Shown here: positions 21,001-33,468 of the stretch, in pieces
Layout: each line of letters starts with the position of its first letter
How positions within the stretch are numbered: the stretch's first letter is position 1
Notes under the pieces: generated by a model
What the model was told of the DNA's origin: nothing
The model's input: the letters and a program-made list of their open reading frames with translations, nothing else
Databases searched by the model: none
Program-made: the position numbers and the translations under genes
From: Macrostomum hystrix
Taxonomy: Eukaryota; Animalia; Platyhelminthes
DNA: 64,000 nucleotides
Assembly: GCA_950097015.1 (NCBI GenBank)
Contig: CATNEN010000041.1
Coordinates: 3,100,001 to 3,164,000, forward strand
Reading direction: 5' to 3'

Positions 21001-22520
21001 TGCTGCTCCTTTGCTAGTTCGCTGGTTTGTATTCTTTTTACTTTGTAGTGGTTGTTCTCTGAGTAGCTAACTCAATAGGATTGGTTCTTGGTGTATCACA
21101 AGCTTCACATCACCCTATATATATATATATACAAGATTAAGAAAGGTGAGTGCTAACGCAAGGTGATGGTTTAGCAATATAAATGTAGGGCTGACCAATC
21201 AGGCACCAACCTGGCTATGCAGAACCAGTTTGTGTTGGCCATCAGAGTGGGGGTAGGGTTAGGTCTAAGGCCTCATAGGGCTGAGGCTAGGTGGGGCATG
21301 GCTACACAGCTCCAGCATTGCAAGGGCAATTGCAAGGGGGCAGCCATCAGAGTGCTTTAGATTAGCAAGTACAGGCCAGGTGGGAGAAGTGGATTGGAAG
21401 GTGGAGCTAAGGTAGAACTGAGATAGGATGAGGCAAAGGCAAAACAAGGCAAGGGTACAGGTCACAACATATTGCTATTAAGTAATACAATTTTTCATTT
21501 AATTTAATTTGTTTAAATTTACAATTTATTACCAAAAAGGAAAAACATATATGTTTCTGCACAGTTATTAACTGTTATAAATTTTTTTCTATGCTAGCAT
21601 AATTAAAGTTATTTCTGATAGGCAGAAAACATACAGTTGGAGTATATTATTATAACACATGCCCAGCATTATTTCCTATATTAAAATACACACACTTTTA
21701 ATTAGTAAACAAAGCCCAGTATAAGCAATGTCAATTGAGAATGTGCTATACACATTCTACTTTTTATGTTTTAAAATCAGATAAAACTTTATGTTATCAA
21801 TATTTTGCATTAGGCATAACAGATTTTCTATTAGGCCCTTTTGATCATTCAATATAGTCTTAAAATTGTAAAAGTATTATATTGAAAGCCAACACATTTT
21901 TTCTAATATTTATGTTTGCTTTATTGAGAAGGGTATATCGAAAAGTCACGAAAAATGCATGAAAAAGTTAATTTTTCATTATTATGATAAGCTTTAATAA
22001 GATAACATTTTTTAATCTAATGGATGAGTATGCCCACACTGCTCTGCATAGCTGTTTAGATGTCTTCTCTGATACATTAATTATTTTATGAGTGGTCTAA
22101 ATGTCAACATATATTTCTAAAGTAAAAAATATTTTTATACATTCAGAATATTGTATTAGAATCATACAAACTATATTGTTAATTTTTGTTTTGGTTGTTT
22201 ATTAAGTCACTTTAATAAGTTTCATTTCTATGCATGATGTAGATCTGAATTTATGTACACCTCTTTTGTAATATTGAGTACACAAGTATCGAGTGTACTC
22301 ATGGGACTACTCACATCACTATCTTGACTATGGCATAAGACTTGAAACTTTACATATGTGAAAACTGCTTCTAGGACAATTAAAATATTTTTAGCAATTT
22401 ATATTTCTATGAGGATGATTGATTAGCACATTTAGCATGAGAATATAATGAAAGTTACATTCTGCAATAGCCACACTGAGTGCACACCTGTTTGTAAAAT
22501 AATGATATATTAGTCTGTGT

Positions 22521-22705
22521 AGTGCACCCTATTGTTGGGCTTCTCCTGCTCAGATGATGGTGAAGTCTGCGCTGCAGTGCACCCTGGTGTTGGGCTTCTC
22601 CTGCTCAGATGATGGTGAAGTCTGTGCTATAGTGCACCCTGGTGTTGGGCTTCTCCTGCTCAGATGATGGTGAAGTCTGTGCTATAGTGCACCCTGGTGT
22701 TGGGG
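22521..22705. repeat. 55-bp tandem repeat overlapping the stop codon of the 22660-23329 gene
   Basis: agtgcaccct starts at 22521, 22576, 22631 and 22686. Confidence 0.9.
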
Positions 22706-23329
22706 TTCTTCTCCCGCCTGGCAATCCAGTCCCGGGTTTTCGCTGAGAAGAGCCGCTGCGCGATTTCGGATCTCTCCTCTTCGGTCTTTGGCGCCTGCTT
22801 TCGGCGCTTTAGTCGCTGATTGGACTTGGTGACCTCCGGCTCCGTGTAGGCGAACTGTTTGTCCCGCAGCGCCTTCGCGCCGGTGCTAGACACGGTCGGC
22901 TGGCGTAGGCGCTGCGTGATGGCGTCCAACTCCTCCTTCGACACCTGGTTGAAAGCCCGCGATGAGCTGTGCCTATTGGTGTAGGGGTCCACCCAGCTGG
23001 CCGTGGGGCCCTGCTGCACGTAGGGCGACCGCGGCCTGATCCACTTCTTCTCTCGCGGCTGCTCTCGCTGGGCCCTGTCGGACTCGCTGGAGTCCTTTCT
23101 GTGGCCCTGGGTGCAAATCAGAGCTCCATTATCTAATCATGACTGGTATCCTGTGCATACTTCAAATAGTTAATTTACTCTTTGTTGAGTACGTTTTCTA
23201 AATCTGTTATTTGACATCCGCAATTATAGAAATGCAGTTCACGAATGGCTTGTAGTCAGGTCCGAGTCATTCACTCACTTGCTCCTCCTTGCCGTGTCTC
23301 TCGCCCTGTCGCGGGCTGCTGTTGGACAT
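22660..23329 (-). CDS. Uncharacterised small basic/charged protein (~165 aa, two exons)
   Basis: Exon 23279-23329 encodes MSNSSPRQGERHGKEEQ|GTGAGT. Exon 22660-23106 (gcacccag|GGC, phase 0) is in frame with the supplied ORF 22660-23019. Confidence 0.7.
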
Positions 23330-24085
23330 TCAATTTGCTGCTTGCTGTTCGATCTTCTCAAGAATTCTGGTTGCTATGACAACGCTTGGCTCTCCGAGCG
23401 CCAATGCAACGGAGTCTGGGAAGGGGTTGCTGCGTCTGTCAGCTGCGACTGACAGTTTTATTCTGCCGCTGCTGTCTAAGCTGCCTTCAGGCTGCAGCCA
23501 AGCCCAGTCTCCGAGCTGCACCTGATAGTGCATTGCCCATGTACACTCATTATTTGTCAGCTGCTACAAGCATTGGGCACTCGGTGCTGCTCTGTCTGGC
23601 CTTTCTGTTTGCACCCTGAGGTGAGGTAAGAAAAATTAATTTCTGCCGGCCTGCCAGCTGTTTCAGCTCGACCTTATCTGACTGCTCAGACACATTTGAG
23701 ACTCTCTGTGCACTCATTTATAAATTGAGTTTGTTAAGCTGAGCCAAATGCTTATTATATCTGCTTTTGAGTCCTTGCAGAGCGGTGTTGACTTGTCCTG
23801 GCACTAACTAAATGCCCGGTTTAGTCTAGTGTGTTTGTCAAATTTGTCTTAGCAATGCTGTTGTCCAGTTGCTGTGCGCTGATCTGTCAATTATCATTCG
23901 CAGGTTTTAGGCATTGGGTGACGTAAATGCCCGATGATTGCAATTTTAAGGCGCCTTTCATCCATGTAGAATCACATATTAGCCAGCTGCAGGACTTGGT
24001 TTCAGTTTTTGCCCATTTACGAGCTATTCAGCTTCCCAACTCTCACCACTCCAGCCTCCCGCTCCGTGCCTCAACCTGCGAGATT

Positions 24086-27022
24086 ATGTCTAAAGCAAAG
24101 CCACCGGCTGCTCCCGCGATAGAAATTGTCAGTGGCGGCGGCGGTGGTGGCGGCAGCGGCGGCGGCGCCCCAAGCGGCGGCTCCTTGAAGCAGCGCCGTC
24201 GGCCGGGCTCCGTGCTCTACGCGTTCGGCAATTTTTTCAGCGGTGGCGGCGGAAGTGGCGGCAGCGGCCGCAAGCAGAAGTGCGCCTCGGCCTCGTCTTC
24301 CGTCCGCCAGCCACCGTCCAGCCGCCGGTCGCAGAATCCCATCGACTCCAGCAACACTGATGCGCCCGGACCTTCGGCTTTGTCGTCTGCTGCGGCCACC
24401 GCAGTGTCTCCTGCTGCAGCCGCGGCTGACTCGGATGGCCTGACCGAGTGTCCGGTGTGCGCAGAGCGCCTGCCGACTACCCAGTTCCCTGACATGCTCA
24501 GCGACTGCGGCCACTTTGCTTGCCGACCCTGCCTGGCTACTGCGCTGCGGCTGGCCATCTCCGAGGGTATGCCAGCTGCCTGCCTCACCTGCAGCACCCG
24601 CCTGCACCCGGATGATGTGAACGCCATCGTCAGCGAGGAGCTAAGGGAGAAATACGAGCTGTTCACTCTGCGGCGCGTCCTGGCTGCCGATCCCAACTGT
24701 CGCTGGTGCCCCGCTCCCGACTGCAAGTGAGTATTTTTGTGGCTCCCTGGCTCGTATGTTTATATGTTTCCCTAGTCACAGACACTCTTCAGGTGCAGTT
24801 TTGGTCACTGTCACAGACACTCTTCAGGTGCAGTTTTGGTCACTGTCACAGACACTCTTAGGTGCAGTTTTGGTCATTGTGACTGACTCGGATGCAGTTT
24901 TGGTGATTGTGACTGACTCGGATGCAGTTTTGGTGATTGTGACTGACTCGGATGCAGTTTTGGTGATTGTGACTGACTCGGATGCAGTTTTAGTCATTGT
25001 GACTGACTCGGATGCAGTTTTAGTCATTGTGACTGACTCGGATGCAGTTTTAGTCATTGTGACTGACTCGGATGCAGGTTTGGTGATTGTGACTGACTCG
25101 GATGCAGTTTTGGTGATTGTGACTGACTCGGATGCAGTTTTGGTGATTGTGACTGACTCGGATGCAGTTTTGGTGATTGTGACTGACTCAGGTGCTGTTT
25201 CGGTCATTGTCACTGATTGAGGTGCAGTTTCGGTTTTAATGAGTTTTACTCATGTTGAACGAACAACAACAAATTGGCTAATTGATTGCTACCACCACCT
25301 TGAATTTCCGCCGTAACTAGGTACGCGGTTATCGCCAACGACTGCGCTAGCTGTCCCCGCCTCGAGTGCGAGGTGTGCGGCATGAGCTTTTGCTACCACT
25401 GCAAGAACGAGTGGCACCCCAACAGCACCTGCGTGCAGGCCCGCCTCGAGCGGCACCGGGCGGAGCTGGTCGCGGCCGCGCAAAGCAACCCGGAGGTGCT
25501 GCTGTCGCCGGTGAGCTCGGAGCCGGCAGCCGAAATCAAGCAGTGCCCGCGCTGCGCCACCTACATCTCCAAGGAGAATGACGGCAGCTGCAACCACATG
25601 AAGTGCAAACTGTGCGGCACAGAGTTCTGCTGGCTGTGCCGCAAGGAGATCACCGACCTGCACTACCTCAGCCCCAGCGGCTGCACATTCTGGGGCAAGA
25701 AGCCCTGGTCACGCAAAAAGAAGATCATGTGGCAGGTGCGTGGCATTCCGAGTTCTCCCATCCCAGTTCTCCCATCCTAATTCTCATATTCCCAGTTCTC
25801 CCATCCTAATTCTCCTATTCCCAGTTCTCGCATTCCCAGTTCTCCCATTCCCAGTTCTCGCATTCCCAGTTCTCGCATTCCCAGTTCTCGCATTCCCTGT
25901 TCTCCCATTCCCAGTTCTCCCATTCCCAGTTCATTCATTCCCAGTTCCCACATCCTAATTCTCCCACATCCAGTCTCGTGACAGCCAGGTGCAAGGCTAG
26001 ATAGCTGTGCGGGCCTATCATCTTGCAGGTGGGCATGCTGATTGGCGCCCCAGTAGGCATCGCCCTGCTGGCTGGCCTTGCGGTGCCGGCCATCATCGTG
26101 GGACTTCCTGTGTGGGCGGGTCGCCGTATGCGGCACCGGCTGCGCAAGTCGGGCCGTCGGACGCCCGCCCAGCGGCGCTGCCTGGTGGCGCTGACAGTCA
26201 CCGGCAGCATCATCGCTTCGCCGGTTGTCGCCGTACTGACTGTCGCCGTCACTGTGCCCATTCTGCTGGCCTACGTCTACGGCGTGGTGCCCGTGTCGCT
26301 GTGCCGCTCGGACGGCTGCGCATCCACACCTGAGGACGAGCAGGATGGCGTCGACGGCGAAGTTGGGGTTGACCAGGTCGGCATGGACTTCACTAATGTC
26401 AGTGAAATACGCGCTGCGGTGGCGGCAGCTGCGGCATCAGCGTCAGCGGCTGCGGATAGCGAAGGCGACTCAAAGAGTGGGCAGGTGCGGGTTACGGCCG
26501 ACGTCAGTCCGAGTGCTGCATCTACGCCTAGCGATGAGGCGGCGAACTTGGATGAATGTCGGTGAGTTAGACCAACTCGACCAGGTGTCCATCTGGGATG
26601 ACTTAGTCATTCATCCATGTGGGATCAGGTGTCCATCTGGACTTACGCAGTCAGGTGTTTATCTGGGATAAATCAGTCAGGGGTTTATCTAGGATAAATC
26701 AGTCAGGTGTTTATCTGGGATAAATCAGTCAGGTGTTTATCTAGGATAAATCAGTCAGGTGTTTATCTGGGATAAATCAGTCAGGTGTTTATCTAGGATA
26801 AATCAGTCAGGTGTTTATCTGGGATAAATCAGTCAGGTGTTTATCTAGGATAAATCAGTCAGGTGTTTATCTGGGATAAATCAGTCAGGTGTTTGGTTTC
26901 AAACTGTCATTTGATCCCCATTCCTCAGCGTCGAAGAATCCCAGCACGAAGTCAGCCGTGTGCGCAGTCCCGAGGCGCTTGATCGGCCGGCACAGACCTC
27001 GCCACCGCAGGACGAGAATTGA
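24086..27022 (+). CDS. RNF19: RBR E3 ubiquitin ligase, RNF19A/B (Dorfin) family (~560 aa)
   Basis: Exons 24086-24726, 25321-25735, 26029-26561, 26929-27022 (phases 2, 0, 2). RING1 [13 protein letters not shown]; [24 protein letters not shown]; RING2 [19 protein letters not shown]; family signature [23 protein letters not shown] followed by [13 protein letters not shown]. Confidence 0.95.
24770..25220. repeat. 30-bp minisatellite in RNF19 intron 1
   Basis: Unit gtgactgactcggatgcagttttggtgatt. Confidence 0.95.
25742..25965. repeat. 15-bp pyrimidine-rich minisatellite in RNF19 intron 2
   Basis: Unit cattcccagttctc(g/c). Confidence 0.9.
26650..26894. repeat. 26-bp minisatellite in RNF19 intron 3
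   Basis: Unit tcagtcaggtgtttatct(g/a)ggataaa. Confidence 0.93.
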
Positions 27023-27147
27023 ACATTGTGCGGCAGGATGGTGATTGACGCTGTCTGCGTACATTTTAACTGCCGAGTTTTGTTATTATCTACAAAGCGC
27101 TTTCGATGGCTGCTCCAGTAGCCTAGAATATTAATATACGCATAAGG

Positions 27148-28098
27148 GGTCAGTGGATTGCTAATCTATCCAATATGCGCATCAATGGGTCAGTGGATTG
27201 CTAATCTATCCAATATGCGCATCAATGGGTCAGTGGATTGCTAATCTATCCAATATGCGCATCAATGGGTCAGCGGATTGCTAATCTATTCAATGTGCAC
27301 ATCATTAGGACAGCGGATTGCTAATCTATTCAATGTGCACATCATTTGGACAGTGGATTGCTAATCTATTCAATGTGCACATCATTTGGACAGTGGATTG
27401 CTAATCTATTCAATGTGCACATCATTTGGACAGTGGATTGCTAATCTATTCAGTATGCACATCATTAGGACAGTGGATTGCTAATCTATTTAGTATGCAC
27501 ATCATTAGGACAGTGGATTGCTAATCTATTCAGTATGCACATCATTAGGACAGTGGATTGCTAATCTATTCAGTATGCACATCATTAGGACAGTGGATTG
27601 CTAATCTATTCAGTATGCACATCATTAGGACAGTGGATTGCTAATCTATTTAGTATGCACATCATTAGGTCAGCGGATTGCTAATCTATTCAGTATGCAC
27701 ATCATTAGGACAGTGGATTGCTAATCTATTCAGTATGCACATCATTAGGACAGTGGATTGCTAATCTATTCAATGTGCACATCATTAGGACAGTGGATTG
27801 CTAATCTATTCAGTATGCACATCATTAGGACAGTGGATTGCTAATCTATTTAGTATGCACATCATTAGGACAGTGGATTGCTAATCTATTCAGTATGCAC
27901 ATCATTAGGACAGTGGATTGCTAATCTATTCAGTATGCACATCATTAGGACAGTGGATTGCTAATCTATTCAGTATGCACATCATTAGGACAGTGGATTG
28001 CTAATCTATTCAATGTGCACATCATTAGGACAGTGGATTGCTAATCTATTCAGTATGCACATCATTAGGACAGTGGATTGCTAATCTATTCAGTATGA
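27148..28098. repeat. 40-bp minisatellite downstream of the RNF19 stop
   Basis: Unit cagtggattgctaatctattcagtatgcacatcattagga, with variant units clustered at the 5' end. Confidence 0.95.
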
Positions 28099-28820
28099 AC
28101 ACCAGAGAGCCATGAAATGCTTTTCCGACCCGTAAATTTAACAATTGGTGTCAAACACCGCCAGATTGTATCCGCCTCCGCTGCTCCTGTGTTCTCCTGT
28201 TGCTTTCATTTGCATAGCTTTTTGTTTTGTTTGTTGTAAACCTCTTTCAAGAAGGTCATCATCACGAAGCGGTCGGTTCAACTAACTATTCATTCTTGAC
28301 ATTATTTTACCGCGAAACTTCCGACCTCATCTGTGATTTTTGCTCTTTTACTACTGCTATACCCGCTGCGCTTCATGCGTTACTGCACTAAATGCTTATA
28401 CTGCTTATTAGTAATGCCCGCTTGTGCCTACTCACTTCCTGTCTGTCAGTAACGTGAAATGCGTTTCAGTGTTATATTTTTCATTAATTCAATGCGCCCA
28501 ATCTGGAGTGTACTCAGAGAGGAAGTAGAATTGATGGTGTCTACCAGTTGTCAATCCGTTGGAACAACCCACGTATTTTTCATATTGACTTGTCAAATGC
28601 TGCCAAACTGCATTGGCTGCCAGTCCCAGCTGCATGACAACAGTTGAGAAGCTTCCCAGAGCTCGAATGTCACACTGTCAATTTGATTGTCCTAAAATAT
28701 TTTGTCTGCCTGGTGGCTGCAGCTGGAATCCCCAGATCAGGGGTTCCCCTGCTTGGGGTCAGCTAGTTGCGATTTGTTATAGCGTAAAATAATAAATTGG
28801 TAATTTAATTTGTTACGAAA

Positions 28821-31800
28821 TCAGTTCTGAATCAAGAGCCTGCGCTGTTCTAGTCTCAGTGCTTTGTTAACCAGCTCCATGTCTCCGGCTTCGAAGTTTT
28901 GCTGCAGTGAATGCAGGATCATGTTTTGCTGCAGTGAATGCAGGATCATGTTTTGCTGCAGTGAATGCAGGATCCATGTTTTGCATGCAGTGAATGCAGG
29001 CATCATGTTTTGCTGCAGTGAATGCAGGATCATGTTTTGCTGCAGTGAATGCAGGATCATGTTTTGCTGCAGTGAATGCAGGATCATGTTTTGCTGCAGT
29101 GAATGCAGGATCATGTTTTGCTGGGTTCAAATGCTAATCAATACAGAGGTTCGAAAACATATTTTAACTTCAAAAGAAAAAAGAAATCGCAGACGATGTC
29201 CGCGTAGCTTTATACTCGTAGCAGTCATTCGCTTGCTTATTTCCACATATCTGAAGCCTATATTTAAGCTCAGGTTACTAATAAAAAATGAGTGAAGCTA
29301 AGCCTGTACAAGCCGCTGACGAATGTATTTAAAAGTTGGCTTGAAATTTCGCGAGTCCCAGAGGATTTTTCCTGTGGGGACTCCGGACTGTAGTCACTTG
29401 GCTTTGCTGAGTCAGCCCGTAGATCCTGCGATAAAGACCCTTACCGGAGCCTCTGGCTGACCGGACTGGCCTTCAGGGTGCTCGATGTCGGTGATCAGAT
29501 CCGTCAGCTTAATGCGCTGGCCTGAGGTTTGGAATGCAGAGTCAGCTCACTGTAGCTGCTGGTAGCAGGGTGGGTACGGAGTCAGCTCACTGTAGCTGCT
29601 GGTAGCAGGGTGGGTACGGAGTCAGCTCACTGCAGCTGCTGGCAGCAGGGTGGGTGCGGAGTTAGCTCACTGCAGCTGCTGGCAGCAGGGTGGGTGCGGA
29701 GTTAGCTCACTGCAGCTGCTGGCAGCAGGGTGGGTGCGGAGTTAGCTCACTGCAGCTGCTGGCAGCAGGGTGGGTGCGGAGTCAGCTCACTGCAGTTGCT
29801 GGCAGCAGGGTGGGTGCGGAGTCAGCTCACTGCAGTTGCTGGCAGCAGGGTGGGTGCGGAGTCAGCTCACTGCAGCTGCTGGCAGCAGGGTGGGTGCGGA
29901 GTTAGCTCACTGCAGCTGCTGGCAGCAGGGTGGGTGCGGAGTCAGCTCACTGCAGCAGGGTTTGTGCGGTGTCAGCTCACTGCAGCTGCTGGCAGCAGGG
30001 TGGGTGCGGAGTTAGCTCACTGCAGCAGGGTTTGTGCGGTGTCAGCTCACTGCAGCTGCTGGCAGCAGGGTGGGTGCGGAGTTAGCTCACTGCAGCAGGG
30101 TTTGTGCGGTGTCAGCTCACTGCAGCTGCTGGCAGCAGGGTGGGCGCTGGGACTGCTAAAAAAAGGCCTTCAATAAATCGAAAGAGCTTTACCATTAGGC
30201 GTGTGCCACCTGAAGACGTACTCAAATTTCGGCACCCGCTGCTCGCACTCGGGCTTCAGGCTTTCTAGCAGAGGCACTTCAATGTCGAGCCGGGCAGCTA
30301 CGGCATTTATGAGGCTGTGCATGGGCAATGAGCTGGGCTGCAGCGCGTTGAGGTAGGCGGATTGGCCGCGCTCGGCCAGGCACTTCCTGCGCAGCATGTT
30401 TGGCCGCCACACGCGGTCGCACAAGGCGGGCAAGATGCGCACGTGATAGGGCTCTGGGTGTCGCTCGTGATCGCTCTCTGATGGAGTGCTGCTTGAGGTC
30501 TCGGCGCTGAGACCGTCATCGATGCCACCACCTCCTACTGAACTGACGCCGCCGCCCCCACGGCTGCCAACACCTTGGCTGCCGCCGCCTCGGCCATAGT
30601 TTCTGCCGTCACAGCTGCCGCCACCTCTGCCACGGCTGCCACCGGCCCAACTGCCAACGCCCCCGCCACAGCTGCCTTCGTCACAGCTGCCGCCGCCTCT
30701 GCAACAGCTTCCACCACCGCTACCTTCGCCACCACCGGACGAGGGGACGCCAAGTGAGGCAGCCGACCCCATAACCTCCGTGATGAGTTTCGAATTGGCC
30801 AGATGCCGCCAAGCCTCCAAAGCTTCCAGCTGAAAGCGTAAAAGAGAGAAAACAGTCGACAAGGGGATTCCACGCTTAACATCGGCAGAAAATATAATGT
30901 CACTCGCCTCCGCATCGATGTTGGAGCTGGTCCTCAGGCTGCACCTGCCGCTGCTGACTCCGCTGGCCTTGAATTCAGTCGACAAGTTGCAGTTGCGCCG
31001 CGCAAGTTCGGCCGGGCAAGACTTCAACGAATAGCTCTCTGGAGGGTCAGTTGAAATGGATGTGCTAATATCTCAGTCAGTGCTTGAGACTAAGTCTTAG
31101 GGACCACCATATATGTGAGCAGATGTCAATATTGGACCGATGGGCTGTTGGTCTCTGAGCCAATAGCCAAAATACCTGAAGGGTAGCCAATAGGAACGGC
31201 CGGGTGATTCCCAAGGTCGTCCTTGTATATGGACCACACTCTTGATAAGGCCTCCCACCCAACCTGATTCAATAAGTGCACGGATTGTCTTCTCATCTTC
31301 TTATTTCACTGTTTTACGATTTACGATCTTTTCTATGGCCTGCGACCTCATGAGCCCCGAGCCCCTAGTCAAAATGACCGCACAAAACCACCAGCCCCTA
31401 GTCTGCTCATTGTGAGGTTAGGAAGCCCCTTCCGGCTGCTGACGGCGATGGCCTGACGCACCTGCTTCCTGGCTTGACATTGAGCGGTCGAGCAGATTCA
31501 GCCGTTGCAGCAGCAGCAGTTTCAGTGAGGTCCCACCAGCTAAAACGAATTTAAGCATGCAAGAAATCTGAGAAGCCATCAGCTCACACACTGGAGCACT
31601 GCTCGACTCACTGAAGCACTGCTCACTCACTGGAGCACTGCTCACTCACTGGAGCACTGCTCACTTACTGAAGCATTGCTCACACACTGGAGCACTGCTC
31701 GACTCACTGAAGCACTGCTCACTCACTGGAGCACTGCTCACTTACTGAAGCATTGCTCACACACTGGAGCACTGCTCGACTCACTGAAGCACTGCTCACT

Positions 31801-33468
31801 CACTGGAGCACTGCTCACTTACTGAAGCACTGCTCACTCACTGAAGCACTTCTCACTCACTGAAGCGCTGCTCGCACATGCTCACTCACTGAAGCGCTGC
31901 TCACTCACTGAAGCGCTGCTCACTTACTGAAGCACTGCTCACTCACTGAAGCACTGCTCACTCACTGAAGCACTCCTCACCTGAAGAAGCGCTCTGCCAA
32001 AAGATCTAAAAAATTACATTATGTAAGCAAACAGAAGTATATTGAACACTCACGGGGGCATCCTTCGGACGGGTTGCTGGTTATCTGAAATTTTCCAAGA
32101 ACTTTTTTCTTGCTGCAGAGAAAGGTGCATTGTGGGGCATCCACTCACCGACTGCAGAGCGGGGCGGTTCGCGTGGCTGGCCAAACGCAGCTGCTGGCTG
32201 CTCAAACAGCCTAGAGACCCGCCGGACCGAAGCTGCACCGGCTCTACAATTGCGCAGGGTGGGTGGGCGAAATCCCACTGGAGTCCGTTGGCCGAAATTC
32301 ACTCGTGCAACCGCAAAATCTTCAAACCTCTAAAACCATGAAAACTTGCAAATAAATAATAATAAGCTTTTTTATTCCAGAAAAACCCGCACAGCATCCC
32401 AGAGAGAACCACACAATATCCCGGAGAGCAGTGCACAATATCCCAGAGAGCAGTGCACAATATCTCAGAGAGCAGTGCACAATATCCCAGAGAGCAGTGC
32501 ACAATATCCCAGAGAGCAGTGCACAATATCCCAGAGAGCACCGCACAATATCCCAGAGAGCAGTGCACAATATCCCAGAGAGCACCGCACAATATCCCAG
32601 AGAAGCAGTGCACAATATCTCAGAGAGCAGTGCACAATATCCCAGAGAGCAGTGCACAATATCCCAGAGAGCAGTGCACAATATCCCAGAGAGCACCGCA
32701 CAATATCCCAGAGAGCAGTGCACAATATCCCAGAGAGCACCGCACAATATCCCAGAGAGCAGGGCACAATATCCCAGAGAGCACCGCACAATATCCCAGA
32801 GAGCAGTGCACAATATCCCAGAGAGCAGTGCACAATATCCCAGAGAGCACCGCACAATATCCCAGAGAGCAGTGCACAATATCCCAGAGAGCACCGCACA
32901 ATATCCCAGAGAGCACCGCACAATATCCCAGAGAGCACCGCACAATATCCCAGAGAGCAGTGCACAATATCCCAGAGAGCACCGCACAATATCCCAGAGA
33001 GCACCGCACAAGATCCAAAAAGCAGCTGCCAAATATATTATGCTGCTAAAATAGCTCACAGTTGAATAGCCTTGCTCTCCACTTATCCCCAAATATCCCA
33101 GCGCTTCGAGGATTCCCGCCCAGCTCACTCGCGCAGACGCCAGACTCAATCGTGTAGGTGCTGTTGTCGCTAAAGGCGGTGAATCCGCCACTGCTCAACT
33201 GTATCGACCGGCGCCACGGATCTATGAAGGTGCTGTCAAAGACGTCGGCAGTCGCCGAAGAGGGCCAGGACGAAGACGCGCTGCGCCGGTTACAGAATTT
33301 ACTGAGCCACAGGCGGACCTTCTGGTGGGTGCCAACTCGGCGATTGCCAGCGGACGGACCGACGCTAAAGTCACCGGCCAGTTGCACTTTCACGAACGAT
33401 GGCGAAGATGCCGGCTTGCCTTGATTCTCGGCACGATGACTTCTGCTTTTGTCACAATTTTCCGACAT
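28821..33468 (-). CDS. Uncharacterised multi-exon protein-coding gene; 3' exons well supported, 5' exons ambiguous
   Basis: Phase-consistent chain: 31462-31539 (1-1), 30193-31038 (1-1, Gly-rich insert), 29445-29521 (1-0), 28821-28901 (0-stop). It gives ..EYVFRWHTPNGQRIKLTDLITDIEHP..QNFEAGDMELVNKALRLEQRRLLIQN*. Candidate upstream exons lie near 32149-32280 and in ORF 33046-33468. No family recognised. Confidence 0.6.
28896..29121. repeat. 27-bp minisatellite spanning the last intron/exon junction of the unknown gene
   Basis: Minus-strand unit ATGATCCTGCATTCACTGCAG|CAAAAC. Confidence 0.93.
29535..30146. repeat. 40-bp minisatellite (intronic)
   Basis: Unit ggagtcagctcactgcagctgctggcagcagggtgggtgc, plus shortened variants. 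Confidence 0.95.
31582..31980. repeat. 19-bp minisatellite (intronic)
   Basis: Unit ctcactcactg(g/a)agcactg. On the minus strand it begins at CTTCAG|GTGAG. Confidence 0.9.
32398..33010. repeat. 22-bp minisatellite
   Basis: Unit gagagca(gt/cc)gcacaatatccca. It explains the six overlapping ORFs here. Confidence 0.95.

Noticed and set aside
21092-21466. Possible LTR remnant (TGT...ACA ends, internal TA run)
   Set aside because: No TSD, PBS or PPT and no adjacent gag/pol similarity.
32322-33191. Six overlapping repetitive ORFs
   Set aside because: Products of a 22-bp array that lacks stops in several frames.
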